IMG/VR virus record: IMGVR_UViG_3300047545_000063
Span: 1 to 45,571 of that record
DNA length: 45,571 bases
Direction: 5' to 3' (one strand)
Origin: a virus
Taxonomy: Duplodnaviria > Caudoviricetes
Shown here: piece after piece, positions 10,188 to 20,800 of the stretch
Numbering within the stretch: position 1 is the first letter of the stretch
Layout of the letters: the number at the start of each line of letters is the position of its first letter
The notes under the pieces: generated by a model
What the model was told of the DNA's origin: nothing
Database searches by the model: none
The model's input: only the letters and a program-made list of their open reading frames with translations
Made by a program: the position numbers and the translations under genes

Positions 10188-10718
10188 TTACTGATAGTCG
10201 CTAGTGTGATAGTCATAGTCTATGATTATCTTATTACCAGCATAGGTTCTGGCTGTTCCGAAGTCAACGATATCCCTGGTTTCCTCTAGCTGGTATACCT
10301 TGATATTGTGGAAGAATACTGGCTTCAGTGGCTCTCCGTCCCCATTTGGGATTACGCCATTAACAACCTTAGTAGCTATCCAAGCGTTTAGCTCCTGAGC
10401 TGACTCGTCTTCCCTGTCTAGCAGGTCGTGCACTCTTTGGGTTGTCATGATGAGCTTGACTGGGTCTCCAGCCGTCTTGTAGAAGTAGTAAAGGAGTTGC
10501 TCACACTTGATGTGTGGGAATGGGGTTCTGCGATACTTGAACATTCTGTCATAGACTGCAAATACATTATTTGCTGCATCTGGGAACATGCTTGTCAGAG
10601 CATCGATGTCTGTTGGCATTGTAGGGAAGAATGGCATAGTAAATGCTAGCCTATTATCGCCAAGAATCTTCTCCTGAAGATACTGATTAATTATTGTTGG
10701 TGGGTGTGTTATTGCCAT
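10188..10718 (-). CDS. Putative tail terminator/completion protein
   Basis: 176 aa just upstream of the major tail gene; assigned by synteny only. Confidence 0.5.
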   Translation of the reverse strand: MAITHPPTIINQYLQEKILGDNRLAFTMPFFPTMPTDIDALTSMFPDAANNVFAVYDRMFKYRRTPFPHIKCEQLLYYFYKTAGDPVKLIMTTQRVHDLLDREDESAQELNAWIATKVVNGVIPNGDGEPLKPVFFHNIKVYQLEETRDIVDFGTARTYAGNKIIIDYDYHTSDYQ

Positions 10719-11392
10719 TATAGACTTACTCCTGCCTTAGATACCCATTGGCTTCCAGCTTTTCTACCTGCAGATTTTCCAGATGTCTTGGCTCTTGAGA
10801 AGTACTGGTCGTACTCCTTTGGCATCTTTAGGTGATCTAGAATTCCGCTGGATCTTAGGAATGACTGAGAGAAATAGCTGTTGAAGAATGTCTCGATGCT
10901 TCTCTCGAAAGATCCTTGCACTGCCTGTCCACCAGGATTCTCAATTCGTACTGGTGCCTTTGTAAATACCTGCTCTCCATTGTCATCAAAAGACAGGACT
11001 GTCTTCTTTGGGGCTATAGTAACAGGCATACCCTTTTCCATAATCTCTGCCTTGTTATAGAATGGCACTCTTGAGCCAGACTTAATTGACTGTGATTGGC
11101 TGAATGTGTATGAGAACGATAGCCCATTTCCAGCTACACGATAGTCTATATCAAATAGTCTGGCTGCTGGGCTTCCAGTTCTTTCCCACTCGTAGACGTG
11201 GTGTAGAGCTTGTGGTGATAGCCTAGCATTAGAGTCTATATAGTTCTTTAGAGATTCTACAGTGAAGAAACCGATATCATCCATGAGGACTGGCAGAGCG
11301 TCCTTGGCTCCCTCTACGAATCCTTCTGAATACTTGATGACATTTTTGATGTCTTTTACAAATGACCTAACGTCAAAGGTTGCTGATATCAT
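10718..11392 (-). CDS. Putative neck/tail completion protein
   Basis: 224 aa, coupled to both neighbours within the head-tail joining block; synteny. Confidence 0.5.
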   Translation of the reverse strand: MISATFDVRSFVKDIKNVIKYSEGFVEGAKDALPVLMDDIGFFTVESLKNYIDSNARLSPQALHHVYEWERTGSPAARLFDIDYRVAGNGLSFSYTFSQSQSIKSGSRVPFYNKAEIMEKGMPVTIAPKKTVLSFDDNGEQVFTKAPVRIENPGGQAVQGSFERSIETFFNSYFSQSFLRSSGILDHLKMPKEYDQYFSRAKTSGKSAGRKAGSQWVSKAGVSL

Positions 11393-11838
11393 ACATCGGC
11401 TCCTTGATTCTCAGATCTTCTGATTACTAGGTTAAAGTGCTCGATGCTACCAAATGGACCAACAAAGGGTTCATTTGAGGCAATCTCAAAAATAGTTGAC
11501 TTTCCTGCACGTGGACCAGATGTCTCTACATAAACAGGGTTGCAGTTCTTATCTCTAATGTTGGTGATAATGATGTTTGTAATTGCATTATTGCTGTCAA
11601 GGGTTGATACACGGATGTCTCCACGTACCCTGCCAATAAGAATAACTTCATTGGTAATGTTTACATTTGGCTTTACATCTTCCTTCGATGCTGAGCCTGC
11701 GGAGCTGAAGTTACATCCTACAGTTCTGTCCTTTACCCAGGTCTTCTGGACTGCACCAAAACCACCCTGCATTACAATTGGGTAGAAGATGTCTGCTTCT
11801 AGTGGAAACATGAAGTCTGTATTAGTTCCACAGGACAT
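11389..11838 (-). CDS. Putative head closure/stopper protein
   Basis: 149 aa, beta-rich, GGFGAVQKTW resembles SPP1 gp16-like N-termini; synteny. Confidence 0.55.
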   Translation of the reverse strand: MSCGTNTDFMFPLEADIFYPIVMQGGFGAVQKTWVKDRTVGCNFSSAGSASKEDVKPNVNITNEVILIGRVRGDIRVSTLDSNNAITNIIITNIRDKNCNPVYVETSGPRAGKSTIFEIASNEPFVGPFGSIEHFNLVIRRSENQGADV

Positions 11839-11839
11839 T

Positions 11840-12757
11840 CTATAACACCCCGATAGTTGTAATAGATTTTTGATACCTTGAAAGTATCTTGTCTACTATT
11901 AGATTACCTGTTCCCTCAAATGACTTTGAGTCAAACTTAATTCTGAACTGGTCAGTGTTGTAGTCTGAGACGTATCTCTTAAAGTAGTCTAGCTTACCAC
12001 AGCTGATGTCTGACACTAGTAGCTCTGTAGCTCTAGCAATGTCTGATGGCACAGATGGGTATCCGTGTGCGACAACAATGGTGTAGTCGAAGGACTTTGG
12101 AAAGCCTCTGAATTCCCAGTTGATGTCGATAAAGTCTGATGGGCTGCCTGGCAATATGTTTGGAGACTGTTCTAGTCTATTTAGCTGACCAGCGTAGCTC
12201 TCAATGATTGATGCTTTGTTTGGGGAAATCTCAAATGCCCTAGTGTAGTCAGATGCATTCTCTGCATCATAAATTAGAACATTGTTTTCGTATACCTTTA
12301 CTATCTTCTTTGCATCTACCCATAGTGGTAGGTAGTCAGTTCCCTGACCAGTGGCAAGGATGGATCTCTTCTGGTAGTAGAATCCCTCTGGAATAAATGA
12401 ATCGATGATTGCTCTTGCTAGCTCTTCGTTCTGAGCATATTCTGCAATCTCTGATGCTGTTGTACCCTTGGTGTTTGGGTCAACGTATGGTCTTCTTAGT
12501 TCGAAGACTTCGTCTGCAATTATTTCTGCAGTCTCGGTAATCCTAGCTTCTACCCTATAGTCAGCATCGTATCCGTTTGGCAGATCCACCATTACAAATG
12601 TGTTTGAATTCTCAATGTCCACGTCTGTAGTAGATAGAGTGCTAAGATCAGATAGGTCTGTGATGGTGATACTTAGAGGTACCCCAACGTAGTTGTCAGC
12701 TGGAAGCTGCACCTTTACAGATGTTGAGCCATAGGGTAGAAGTCTAAGAATTTCCAT
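11840..12757 (-). CDS. Putative head-tail adaptor
   Basis: 305 aa with HGYPSVPSDIARATELLV and VDKILSRY, motifs typical of gp6/gp15-like connectors; downstream of the capsid gene. Confidence 0.65.
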   Translation of the reverse strand: MEILRLLPYGSTSVKVQLPADNYVGVPLSITITDLSDLSTLSTTDVDIENSNTFVMVDLPNGYDADYRVEARITETAEIIADEVFELRRPYVDPNTKGTTASEIAEYAQNEELARAIIDSFIPEGFYYQKRSILATGQGTDYLPLWVDAKKIVKVYENNVLIYDAENASDYTRAFEISPNKASIIESYAGQLNRLEQSPNILPGSPSDFIDINWEFRGFPKSFDYTIVVAHGYPSVPSDIARATELLVSDISCGKLDYFKRYVSDYNTDQFRIKFDSKSFEGTGNLIVDKILSRYQKSITTIGVL

Positions 12758-13203
12758 TAAAGAGCACCGAACTCCTTGGCTACCTCTTCTGGTGTAGCAA
12801 GTCTTGTGTGGTTACGTGTTAGCCACTTGTCTGCCTGCTCCTTGGTAACAATGTTGAAACCAACATATACCTTACCAACGCCAGTCCAGGTTACATTCTT
12901 GCTTGAATAAACGGCAACCTTCTCTACCTCTTTGGCTTCGACAGCCTTTGGCTTCTTGTTTGCTTTGGTAACTGAAGCTGAAGCTGATCCAATGACTCCG
13001 TCTGCAACTGGTGCAATTGCTGGCACCTTCTTAACAGACTCTACTGGCTCTGGAGCAGAAATAACTCCCTCAGCCTGCTTGTCATCTTCTTTTACTTCTT
13101 CGATAATTGCTTCGATACCTAGATCTGCAGCAAGCTCCTCTGTTGCGGTAAGCTCTGCTTCTACTGCAATCTCTACATCATCATTCTTGATTTCTTCTGA
13201 CAT
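12757..13203 (-). CDS. Hypothetical virion-associated protein
   Basis: 148 aa, SD AGGAGG; acidic low-complexity N-half and compact C-terminal domain. Confidence 0.7.
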   Translation of the reverse strand: MSEEIKNDDVEIAVEAELTATEELAADLGIEAIIEEVKEDDKQAEGVISAPEPVESVKKVPAIAPVADGVIGSASASVTKANKKPKAVEAKEVEKVAVYSSKNVTWTGVGKVYVGFNIVTKEQADKWLTRNHTRLATPEEVAKEFGAL

Positions 13204-13238
13204 AGTTCCTCCTAAATATTAATTATAACAGATTAATG

Positions 13239-13275
13239 AAAAAAGAGGGCAGGAGCGTGATGCCCCTGCCCCCTC
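13239..13275 (-). terminator. Intrinsic terminator after the major capsid gene
   Basis: Minus strand GAGGGGGCAGGGGC-ATCAC-GCTCCTGCCCTC-TTTTTT. Confidence 0.85.
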
Positions 13276-13289
13276 AAGGGTGTTAAGGT

Positions 13290-14405
13290 TTAGCTATCTG
13301 CAGCTGCGTCAGCATATGCAACAGCGTCTTCCTCTTCCCACTGAACGCCAAAGCGGACGAATACGGTGTATTCAATTGTGTCCTTCTTAGGCTTGTATTC
13401 ACGGTTTACAGTGATGTCTCTCTGGAAACCCCAAACACGGTTCTGAGGGAATGTAAGGTCAACGTAACCTTCTGGGTAGTAAGGAACTTCCTGTACGTCA
13501 ATTCCGAGAACACGAGTAGTACGTGCTCCACCGAATGTCTGTGCAGCACCGTCTAGGTAAGCCTGACGGTTTGCAGGGGTACCTGCTGGAGTACCAGCGA
13601 AAGCTTCAGCGATAGCGTCAGCTAGAGTACCATTGTTCTTTACGATGCCCTGGAATGCGTCTGTACCAGCGTAGAACTTAAGGTTGTTCTTAAGTGCACG
13701 GTACTTGCGAGGCATTGCAAGAATAATGTTCTGCATTACCTCTGGAGTCCATGCGTTATCTGCTACTGTTACAACAGCTTCGTGTGCGTCACCATTAGTC
13801 TTGGTCTTGTTAACGAAACCTTCCATGATTGAAAGGAATGCGTTAGAACCAGCACCAGTACCATTAATGGCTAGGTCTTCGATGTCATTCGCAAATGCGT
13901 TTGTCATCAAGCGAACTAGGTGGTCTTCAAGAGCAGTGCCCTCGATACCATCCTCTAGAGCCTCAGCTGAAACTTCCCAGTCAAGACGAATCTTCTTGGT
14001 AGTCAACTCGACCTTGCTAAAGGTAGCACCTGTGTTTGTATAGTCAGCATTTGCCTGAGCAGCAGCACGAATTACACGCTCACCAACGTTCACCTTCTCA
14101 AGTTCCATAGTGTTGGCTCTCATAGTTACACGACGACCATCCTTGGCGAGAGTAGTAGCATCCCATACGTAGTCAATAAAACGACGTGCCTGTTCAGGGC
14201 GAAGGATACCGCTGCCTGCATCACCCGAAGGATTGACGGCATTTGGTCCAGTTGTTAGACCATAGTTTGCAGTTGGAATGTTTCCGAGGGTGCTAGCACC
14301 TGGATCAGAGACACCTCCAATGCCTCCAGAAGCAAAAGCACCTTCACCATTTACGGTTGGGTCACCTGAAGCATCTGGATAATTTTTCTTAATTTCTTCC
14401 GACAT
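13290..14405 (-). CDS. Major capsid protein (HK97 fold)
   Basis: Start ATG 14405 with SD AGGAGGTG. Contains GILRPEQARRFIDYV, ISAEALED-like and ANDIEDLAINGTG segments; follows the protease and precedes a strong terminator. Confidence 0.93.
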   Translation of the reverse strand: MSEEIKKNYPDASGDPTVNGEGAFASGGIGGVSDPGASTLGNIPTANYGLTTGPNAVNPSGDAGSGILRPEQARRFIDYVWDATTLAKDGRRVTMRANTMELEKVNVGERVIRAAAQANADYTNTGATFSKVELTTKKIRLDWEVSAEALEDGIEGTALEDHLVRLMTNAFANDIEDLAINGTGAGSNAFLSIMEGFVNKTKTNGDAHEAVVTVADNAWTPEVMQNIILAMPRKYRALKNNLKFYAGTDAFQGIVKNNGTLADAIAEAFAGTPAGTPANRQAYLDGAAQTFGGARTTRVLGIDVQEVPYYPEGYVDLTFPQNRVWGFQRDITVNREYKPKKDTIEYTVFVRFGVQWEEEDAVAYADAAADS

Positions 14406-14434
14406 ATTTTTCACCTCCTGTGATTAGTGTCTTA

Positions 14435-15778
14435 TTATTTCAATAAGTCGGCAGTTTTGAGGAAACGACCGCCCCATAGGGATTTCTGAACCAATTCTGG
14501 TTCATGTTCCTGTACGATCTCGCCTAGATCGCCAGACTTGCGGAAAGCGGTGTCTGCCTCAACAGCGTCTACCCTCTTTCCAAACTCGTTAAACTCGCTC
14601 TTGGCATTGGCGACTTCGCTCTTTACTGATGCGATTTCACTGTTTGCGTTGTCTAGAGACTTGTTTAGTGCAGTTACCTGCTCGTTTAGAGACTTAATGG
14701 TTACTGCTAGATCGCTAAAGGCTGATGTTAGAGAGTTCTTGATATCTGCTACTGCGTTAACAATAGCTTCATCTGACTTAGATACCTCTTCAACAACGGA
14801 ATCTGACTTTGCTACTTCTTCCTCTTCTGCTTCGGTACCAGACATGTCGTCTGATCCCTCTACAGCTTCGGCACCTGTAACGTCGTCTTCATCAGCATCT
14901 GCTGACTTTTCTACATCTGCAGCCACTGCTTCTTCAGCTACTGCTTCTGCTGTGGCATCTGCCTCTGGAGCGACCTGTGCTTCTTCAACTGTAGTTTCTT
15001 CAACTACGTCATTTGTTGTGTCAGTCATAGGACTTACCTCCTTTATCATCTTAGAAGTATTAATGCCTTTAGCACTATCAACTAAGAACTTTATCATTTC
15101 TGTTTTTTCGCTGTCATTTTTTTCAACGAAACCTATGTTTTCCATCTGTGCGCCAGTAGTTGGGCTTACCTCAGACTCGCTCTGCGATAGAAGGACCAAA
15201 CCAGATGTTGAGTCCCAGAAAACATTTTCAAGTACTGTTGCAGACTTCTCCATCTCTTCGCTGTCCATCTTCTCGATAGATACGAAGTTAGCCAATTGGT
15301 TGGCTGGAGAGTCAACGAGCGATAGCTCAAACAAGTCGTACTCCTTAATAATTCTTACGGTCTTGTCAAGTTCTGCATTGTATGCGTTGTCGAACTTGTT
15401 CATTTTACCACCAATAGAGAAACCAGAAAGGGTTCCATCTAGAACCTTTTCCCAGGTGTCTTGAGCACCCTTAGATACATATGCAGAAACATAAATTCCA
15501 GAATAGAACTTCTTGGTCTCTGGGTCAAAGAACTTGTCTTCCTTAAATGCTACCATCTTACCAACTGAGATTGGTTGGTGCATTTCACGGATGTTACCAC
15601 GGAACTTTGAGAAAGCCTTTAGCGATGCCTCTGGAAGAACGATGTCGTTCTGTCTATCTAGGTTGTCGAGTGTAGCAAAGCCAGAAACGATGCGACGTTC
15701 CTTGTCTACCTTGCTAAATGGCATCGAGAGACGTAGGTCCTCGCCATTAGTATCGAAATGAGCCTTTGATATAGTCAT
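14435..15778 (-). CDS. Prohead protease fused to scaffold-like acidic/coiled-coil region
   Basis: HK97-type protease motifs (RIVSGFATLDNLDRQNDIV, REMHQ, GFSIGG, ELSLVDSPAN) followed by an acidic linker and coiled coil. Confidence 0.9.
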   Translation of the reverse strand: MTISKAHFDTNGEDLRLSMPFSKVDKERRIVSGFATLDNLDRQNDIVLPEASLKAFSKFRGNIREMHQPISVGKMVAFKEDKFFDPETKKFYSGIYVSAYVSKGAQDTWEKVLDGTLSGFSIGGKMNKFDNAYNAELDKTVRIIKEYDLFELSLVDSPANQLANFVSIEKMDSEEMEKSATVLENVFWDSTSGLVLLSQSESEVSPTTGAQMENIGFVEKNDSEKTEMIKFLVDSAKGINTSKMIKEVSPMTDTTNDVVEETTVEEAQVAPEADATAEAVAEEAVAADVEKSADADEDDVTGAEAVEGSDDMSGTEAEEEEVAKSDSVVEEVSKSDEAIVNAVADIKNSLTSAFSDLAVTIKSLNEQVTALNKSLDNANSEIASVKSEVANAKSEFNEFGKRVDAVEADTAFRKSGDLGEIVQEHEPELVQKSLWGGRFLKTADLLK

Positions 15779-15832
15779 GCTAGTTAATTATATACCCTTT
15801 TTTATCTATTTGTTATAAATATATTATAGCAC

Positions 15833-17437
15833 CTATTGTGCTGATCTGCCTTCACCTTGAGCGTTTCTACCAGAAATAGTTGCAGAATCGTCTGAAGAAT
15901 TATTGGTTCTCTCGACATCTCTCTGTCTATTGCCTGCAAGATCTGCTCTAGCGTCTGCCGATTGTCTTGATGACATCTCAAAAGGAGCGTCACCATCTGG
16001 TCTCTGTGGAAGTCCAAGCTTTTCTCTAGCCTCGTTAGGAACCATGATCTGAGTCTTGACATAACGCTCAAGAATCTGTGATTGCACATTCTCATCTGTT
16101 AGAGTCAGCTCATTAAACTTTAGCTCTAGAATATCTGTCTTTTCCTTTACAATCTTGTTTAGGATCTTCTCTAGATATCTTTGTGCTGGTCTTGCTACCT
16201 GCTCTTTAAAGGTGCGGTCTTGAGCAATAGCTGCAGCGATGGCAGCTGAATCGCCACCACCAATCTTAGAAAGTGGCACCTGGTGAGCAACGAGAATGTC
16301 GTCACGGTTGCGTAGTCTGTACTCGTTGAATGATGCCTCCTGGACACCGTTCTCTACTGGCTCCATCTTGAACTCTACCTTGTTATTGTCTGAGTCTCCT
16401 GGTAGAGGGATGTATAGGGTTCTGTGGTTCTGCCCCTTTAGACCTGTCTGCAAGAATGCAAATAGCTTGTCTTCTGCGTCAGTGGATAGCTTTGCTCCCT
16501 TTAGAGTGACAACATATCTAGGAACTGCCTTGTTTCCAAAGTAGTCAATGTTGTACTGTGACGCAAGCTGGTCTCCGTGTAGTGCACCTACGGCAGACAT
16601 GATGTCTGGAATACCGTAGTAAGTATTTAGTGGAGAGTACTCTGTAAAGTGAATAATCTCATTAGGGCGTGGGTCAGATGTTACTGGGTTTGCATTCTTT
16701 GCCCCGAAGTTACGGAAGTAAACAACCTTCTGACCAATAATCTGAACGTATCCGTCACGTAGTCTACGTACACGCATTGTTGTAGAAGGAATGTGACCAA
16801 CGTATCCGATATCTCCGCCAACAGTTCTACCGATTTCAAGGTAGCCGTTTCCAGTTGCCTGTAGGTCTGTTACAACCTTCATCATAGATGTTGTGAATGA
16901 GTCGTCGTCGTTTAGGTTCTCTAGCCAGTCACGTAGCTCAATCTTAATTCTTTCGATGCGTCTTCTAGCCTTGTCTCTGGCTGAGTCGCTCTCGTTACCC
17001 TCGATCATCATCTGAGCACGGCTTGTGATGTGGAAGTCATAGCCTAGACCAACGATGTTCTCTACCTTGGCATCAATCGCTGCGTGGTTAGCAAACGATG
17101 TGTCGTAGAAGTTGGCTAGTTCGTACAGGTTCCATGGTGGCGTAATAACGTCAAACATGCTGTAGCCGTTGCTGTAGACGGTTCCTGGATTAATTTCCTT
17201 TGACTTTGCGCCATCGATACCAGATCGTGTAGCCAATGCGCTGTCCTGGTATGCGTCGGTGCTTGTGTCAACAGCCTTGTACATTCTGTCTGATCTACGC
17301 TTAAAGTTTTTGTCTAGTCCAGACAGTCCCTTAAGGGAGTCCCAAGACTTATTAAATGGGTCCTGGCTCTTAAACTGATTCTGGTCTACTTGACCTTCAT
17401 CCATTTTAGCGTTAATAAAATATTCGTAATCTGCCAT
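15833..17437 (-). CDS. Portal protein
   Basis: 534 aa with DLQATGNGYLEI, NEIIHF, YYGIPD, YFGNKAVP and RDDILVAHQVPLSKIG portal motifs. Confidence 0.93.
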   Translation of the reverse strand: MADYEYFINAKMDEGQVDQNQFKSQDPFNKSWDSLKGLSGLDKNFKRRSDRMYKAVDTSTDAYQDSALATRSGIDGAKSKEINPGTVYSNGYSMFDVITPPWNLYELANFYDTSFANHAAIDAKVENIVGLGYDFHITSRAQMMIEGNESDSARDKARRRIERIKIELRDWLENLNDDDSFTTSMMKVVTDLQATGNGYLEIGRTVGGDIGYVGHIPSTTMRVRRLRDGYVQIIGQKVVYFRNFGAKNANPVTSDPRPNEIIHFTEYSPLNTYYGIPDIMSAVGALHGDQLASQYNIDYFGNKAVPRYVVTLKGAKLSTDAEDKLFAFLQTGLKGQNHRTLYIPLPGDSDNNKVEFKMEPVENGVQEASFNEYRLRNRDDILVAHQVPLSKIGGGDSAAIAAAIAQDRTFKEQVARPAQRYLEKILNKIVKEKTDILELKFNELTLTDENVQSQILERYVKTQIMVPNEAREKLGLPQRPDGDAPFEMSSRQSADARADLAGNRQRDVERTNNSSDDSATISGRNAQGEGRSAQ

Positions 17438-17805
17438 TACTCTTCATCTCCATATAGCTCAAGTGTCTTCTTTGCATCCATGACTGCACCCAGGTCGTTG
17501 AGGTTTGGGATAAGTCCCTGCTGCATTCTTTCTACCTGTTCGCTATACTCTTCGTCAGTGATTCTTGCCATGCCAGCAAAAAACTCAGCGTGTCCGTCAC
17601 CCTGACCAAGATAATCAGCTTCTCTGCGAAGCTTCTCTAGTTGTAAACCATCACCCCTATGAGACGGTATGTTCAAAACTCCACCCTGTCCATCAGTGAA
17701 TGGCTTGCCGTTTGCTTTGATCCAAACATAGATACCCCAATCGTAGTGTTTATCGATTACAGTTAGTTTGGATTCACCAATTTGACCAGGAAATTTTTCA
17801 TTCAT
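17437..17805 (-). CDS. Hypothetical protein coupled to the portal gene
   Basis: TAATG overlap with portal; likely start ATG 17805, 7 nt after TATACT. Confidence 0.75.
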   Translation of the reverse strand: MNEKFPGQIGESKLTVIDKHYDWGIYVWIKANGKPFTDGQGGVLNIPSHRGDGLQLEKLRREADYLGQGDGHAEFFAGMARITDEEYSEQVERMQQGLIPNLNDLGAVMDAKKTLELYGDEE

Positions 17806-17823
17806 AACCACTAGTATACCATA

Positions 17824-20800
17824 TTATGCAGGTTTTATCTGTTGCGACTGCCAAGATACTGCATCATATGTTCTGTACCTGTAATTTTTGAGCCTGAAGG
17901 TCGTGTTGTCTCCAGCTATGATCTTGTTGGTTCCTGTGAAAGCCTTAAACAAATCTTGTGGGTCCACTCCGTAATAAGTGATGTCAGACAGCACCAGTAC
18001 TCTGTTCCAGTTGTACGTTGGAACATTCCAGAAGAACCAGTCTAGTGCCGTAACTCCAGATTGCTTTACCTTTAGCCAAGGTCTCTTAGAAACGCTAGAC
18101 ACTTCTTGAAGGCTAGTTGACTGATAGAACGACAGGTTATTGAATAGTAGTGGACCAACAATTCTGATGCCACCAACATAGTTAGAAAACTCTAGAGTAT
18201 TTCCAAAGCTAATGCCAAGCATCATCCATTCCTTTACGGTAATGATTGGATCCTTAACAATCTTTCCGTTTACATAGAATCCAATACCGTTTTCAAAGCT
18301 ACCTGTCTTGGCATTAACTGCGTACACTCTTGCACGTTTGCCATCCTTGTCGATAGGTGTCATGTAGAACTTGATTAGGTTGTTTGCCTTGTCCTGAATT
18401 TCAAATATCTGCGTATCTCCATACTCAAAGAAGTCCTGGTCATATCTTAACGAGGTTTGCATTGCAATTACCTTAAAGTTCTCTGACTTAAACTCATTGA
18501 TTGGAATGTATAGACCACGAGTAATCTTATTAGAAATCTCTCCCCTGACTTCAATACCAGAATATCTATTCAAGTATAGGTAAGGTGTTGCACCCTTATA
18601 GATGCTGAACGGATTGCTGTTCTTGTAGTCATAGTATACCCCAGACTTTCTGAATGGGTACATAGGGACTCCAAACCTAGAGCCAACCTTTGCTGGTGAG
18701 TTCTGACTCATTGACTGAGCAGCGTATTCCAATTTCTTAATAACTACAGGACTCGTTTGGATTCCATCGATATCCACTTCAATGTGTGTGACAATTGCAA
18801 TGTCTGCAATGTTAACATTTTTTGGCATATACACGATTGCATTATTTACAATCTCATACTTTGTGGTTGTCCACTCTGGTCCTGGAACAATGACGTTGGT
18901 CTTTGGGGCAGGCACTGTTGATGTAAAGTATCCAGCAGATGCAGACACGCCAGAATCGAGATACTGGAAAGTTATGTAAGTCTTTACGTGAGAGAAGTCT
19001 GTGTTGTAGGTATAAGTCTTTGCTGACTTTTCCATCAGGTCTGTGTAGTTTTCGTATCCTGTATATAGGTGATTAGAAAGCAGGTCGTACGACTTTCCAT
19101 CGTACTCTCTTTCAAGATCTGCATATGTCCAGGATGAAGTAGACTCTTCTTCTGTAAACATTGATGGTGCTGGATAATCTATGTTGATCTGAACAAAGTC
19201 TACGTCGTAGAACTTCTCTCCTCTAGAGTCTTCCACATACTTTGCAAAATATCTCATTGGGATGTAGTCTTCCCAGTAGCCATCGATAGCAATATCCAGG
19301 TAGTTTCTACCAAGGTATTCCTTCAGGATCAAGCCATAGCTTGGGGTGTGGTCTATTGTATATGATGTAATAAAGTCATTAGGGGATCCTCCATCAAGAA
19401 CGTACTGCCACAGTTCAGTGTTATAAAAGCCTGCGTCAATCATTGTCGCATTTGTGTATAGGTCAAACACGTTCTCGTAGTCTATTGGCATTCCCCTGTC
19501 GCCAAATAGCGACTCAATCTTAGAGAAGTTTCTTTCATTACAGAATGCTACAGTATATATGTTACCTGTAAATGTCTTGGTGAAGTCCTTTGTACCGCCA
19601 ACAAATAGCGAGATCTGGGACTTGTTACCAAAGAAAGATAATAGGTTTCCACCAAAATACTCAGTCATCTTCTTGATATGGAATCCAACTGTGAACTGGT
19701 CACCAACGATGCTTCCATCTGAGCTGTCTGTTCCCCATGCTTCGTAAACTACTGACTCTGTGTTTCCATACTTTAGCTTATACTCGATGTTGTTGCTGGT
19801 TAGAGATATCGTAAACCTGTTGAGGGTTATCTGGTCTTCGAAGAGCATCAGGACTTGCTCAGATACTGGCAGCGCATCCTTAATCTTGAAGATACCGTAA
19901 ACTGCTGCAGTATCGTCTAGCAGTAGGTTGATGTTATTAAACAATACATAACCATTTGATGCTGACTCGCCTGTGTTAAAGGTTACAAAACTGTCTTGCT
20001 CGTTTTGCAGTTCTGCTAGCTCTTCATACCACTGCGATGTAGCTTTGTCATCTTGGAAGATAACTTCTGGCAAGGAGTATTCTGGTGCTGCTATTGACCT
20101 ACCTGATGTTGACAGATTGCTAACGATAGCGTTATTAAAGCTAGACATTGATGGATAGTTCTGGTTCTTTGAGTACTCCGCAAATCCGTAATCAACGACT
20201 ACGGATGTTCCAGCATAAGCCTTTTCAATATTTTCTGGATACTTTACTCCCTGACCATAGACCCATCTTCTCTTAGCCACAACTGATGGCACCTCATAGG
20301 AGTACACGGCAATAGCATCTAGCTCTATTGGAGAAACGTCCTGATACGCATAAAATCCTAGCCACTCTTGATTCTTACCATCAACAACTTGGTCTGGGAA
20401 GTCTAAGGATGCCTCGTCAAGGGATAGTGCAATTACTTGCTCTCCGTTAATCAATAGGCTTGCAGAGGATACTGAATACCTGATGTCGATTAGCATAGGT
20501 CTCCCCCACTCACCAACGTAGTGTGACCCAACAGATGAGCCAATTGCTAACTTGAGGAATGGTCCGTCTACATAAAGTCCATCGGCTGATCCTAGTGGAC
20601 CAAAGATTCTCTTTGGAACTACTGTATCGGATATTGCTCTGAGCCAAAACTCTACAGTATAAGACTTGTATTTGCCAGAGTCATTTAAGAATCCTAGGCT
20701 TGGTACTATTAGCGATGGCTTGTCATCATTTGGGTATATGATAGTTACCGTCGATGCTCCGTAAACCATTGGCATACCAGAATTTTTTGCAAGTAGGGTA

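Noticed and set aside
14538-15464. 308-aa plus-strand ORF
   Set aside because: Lies wholly antisense to the prohead protease; its Ser-rich content mirrors the acidic codons on the coding strand.
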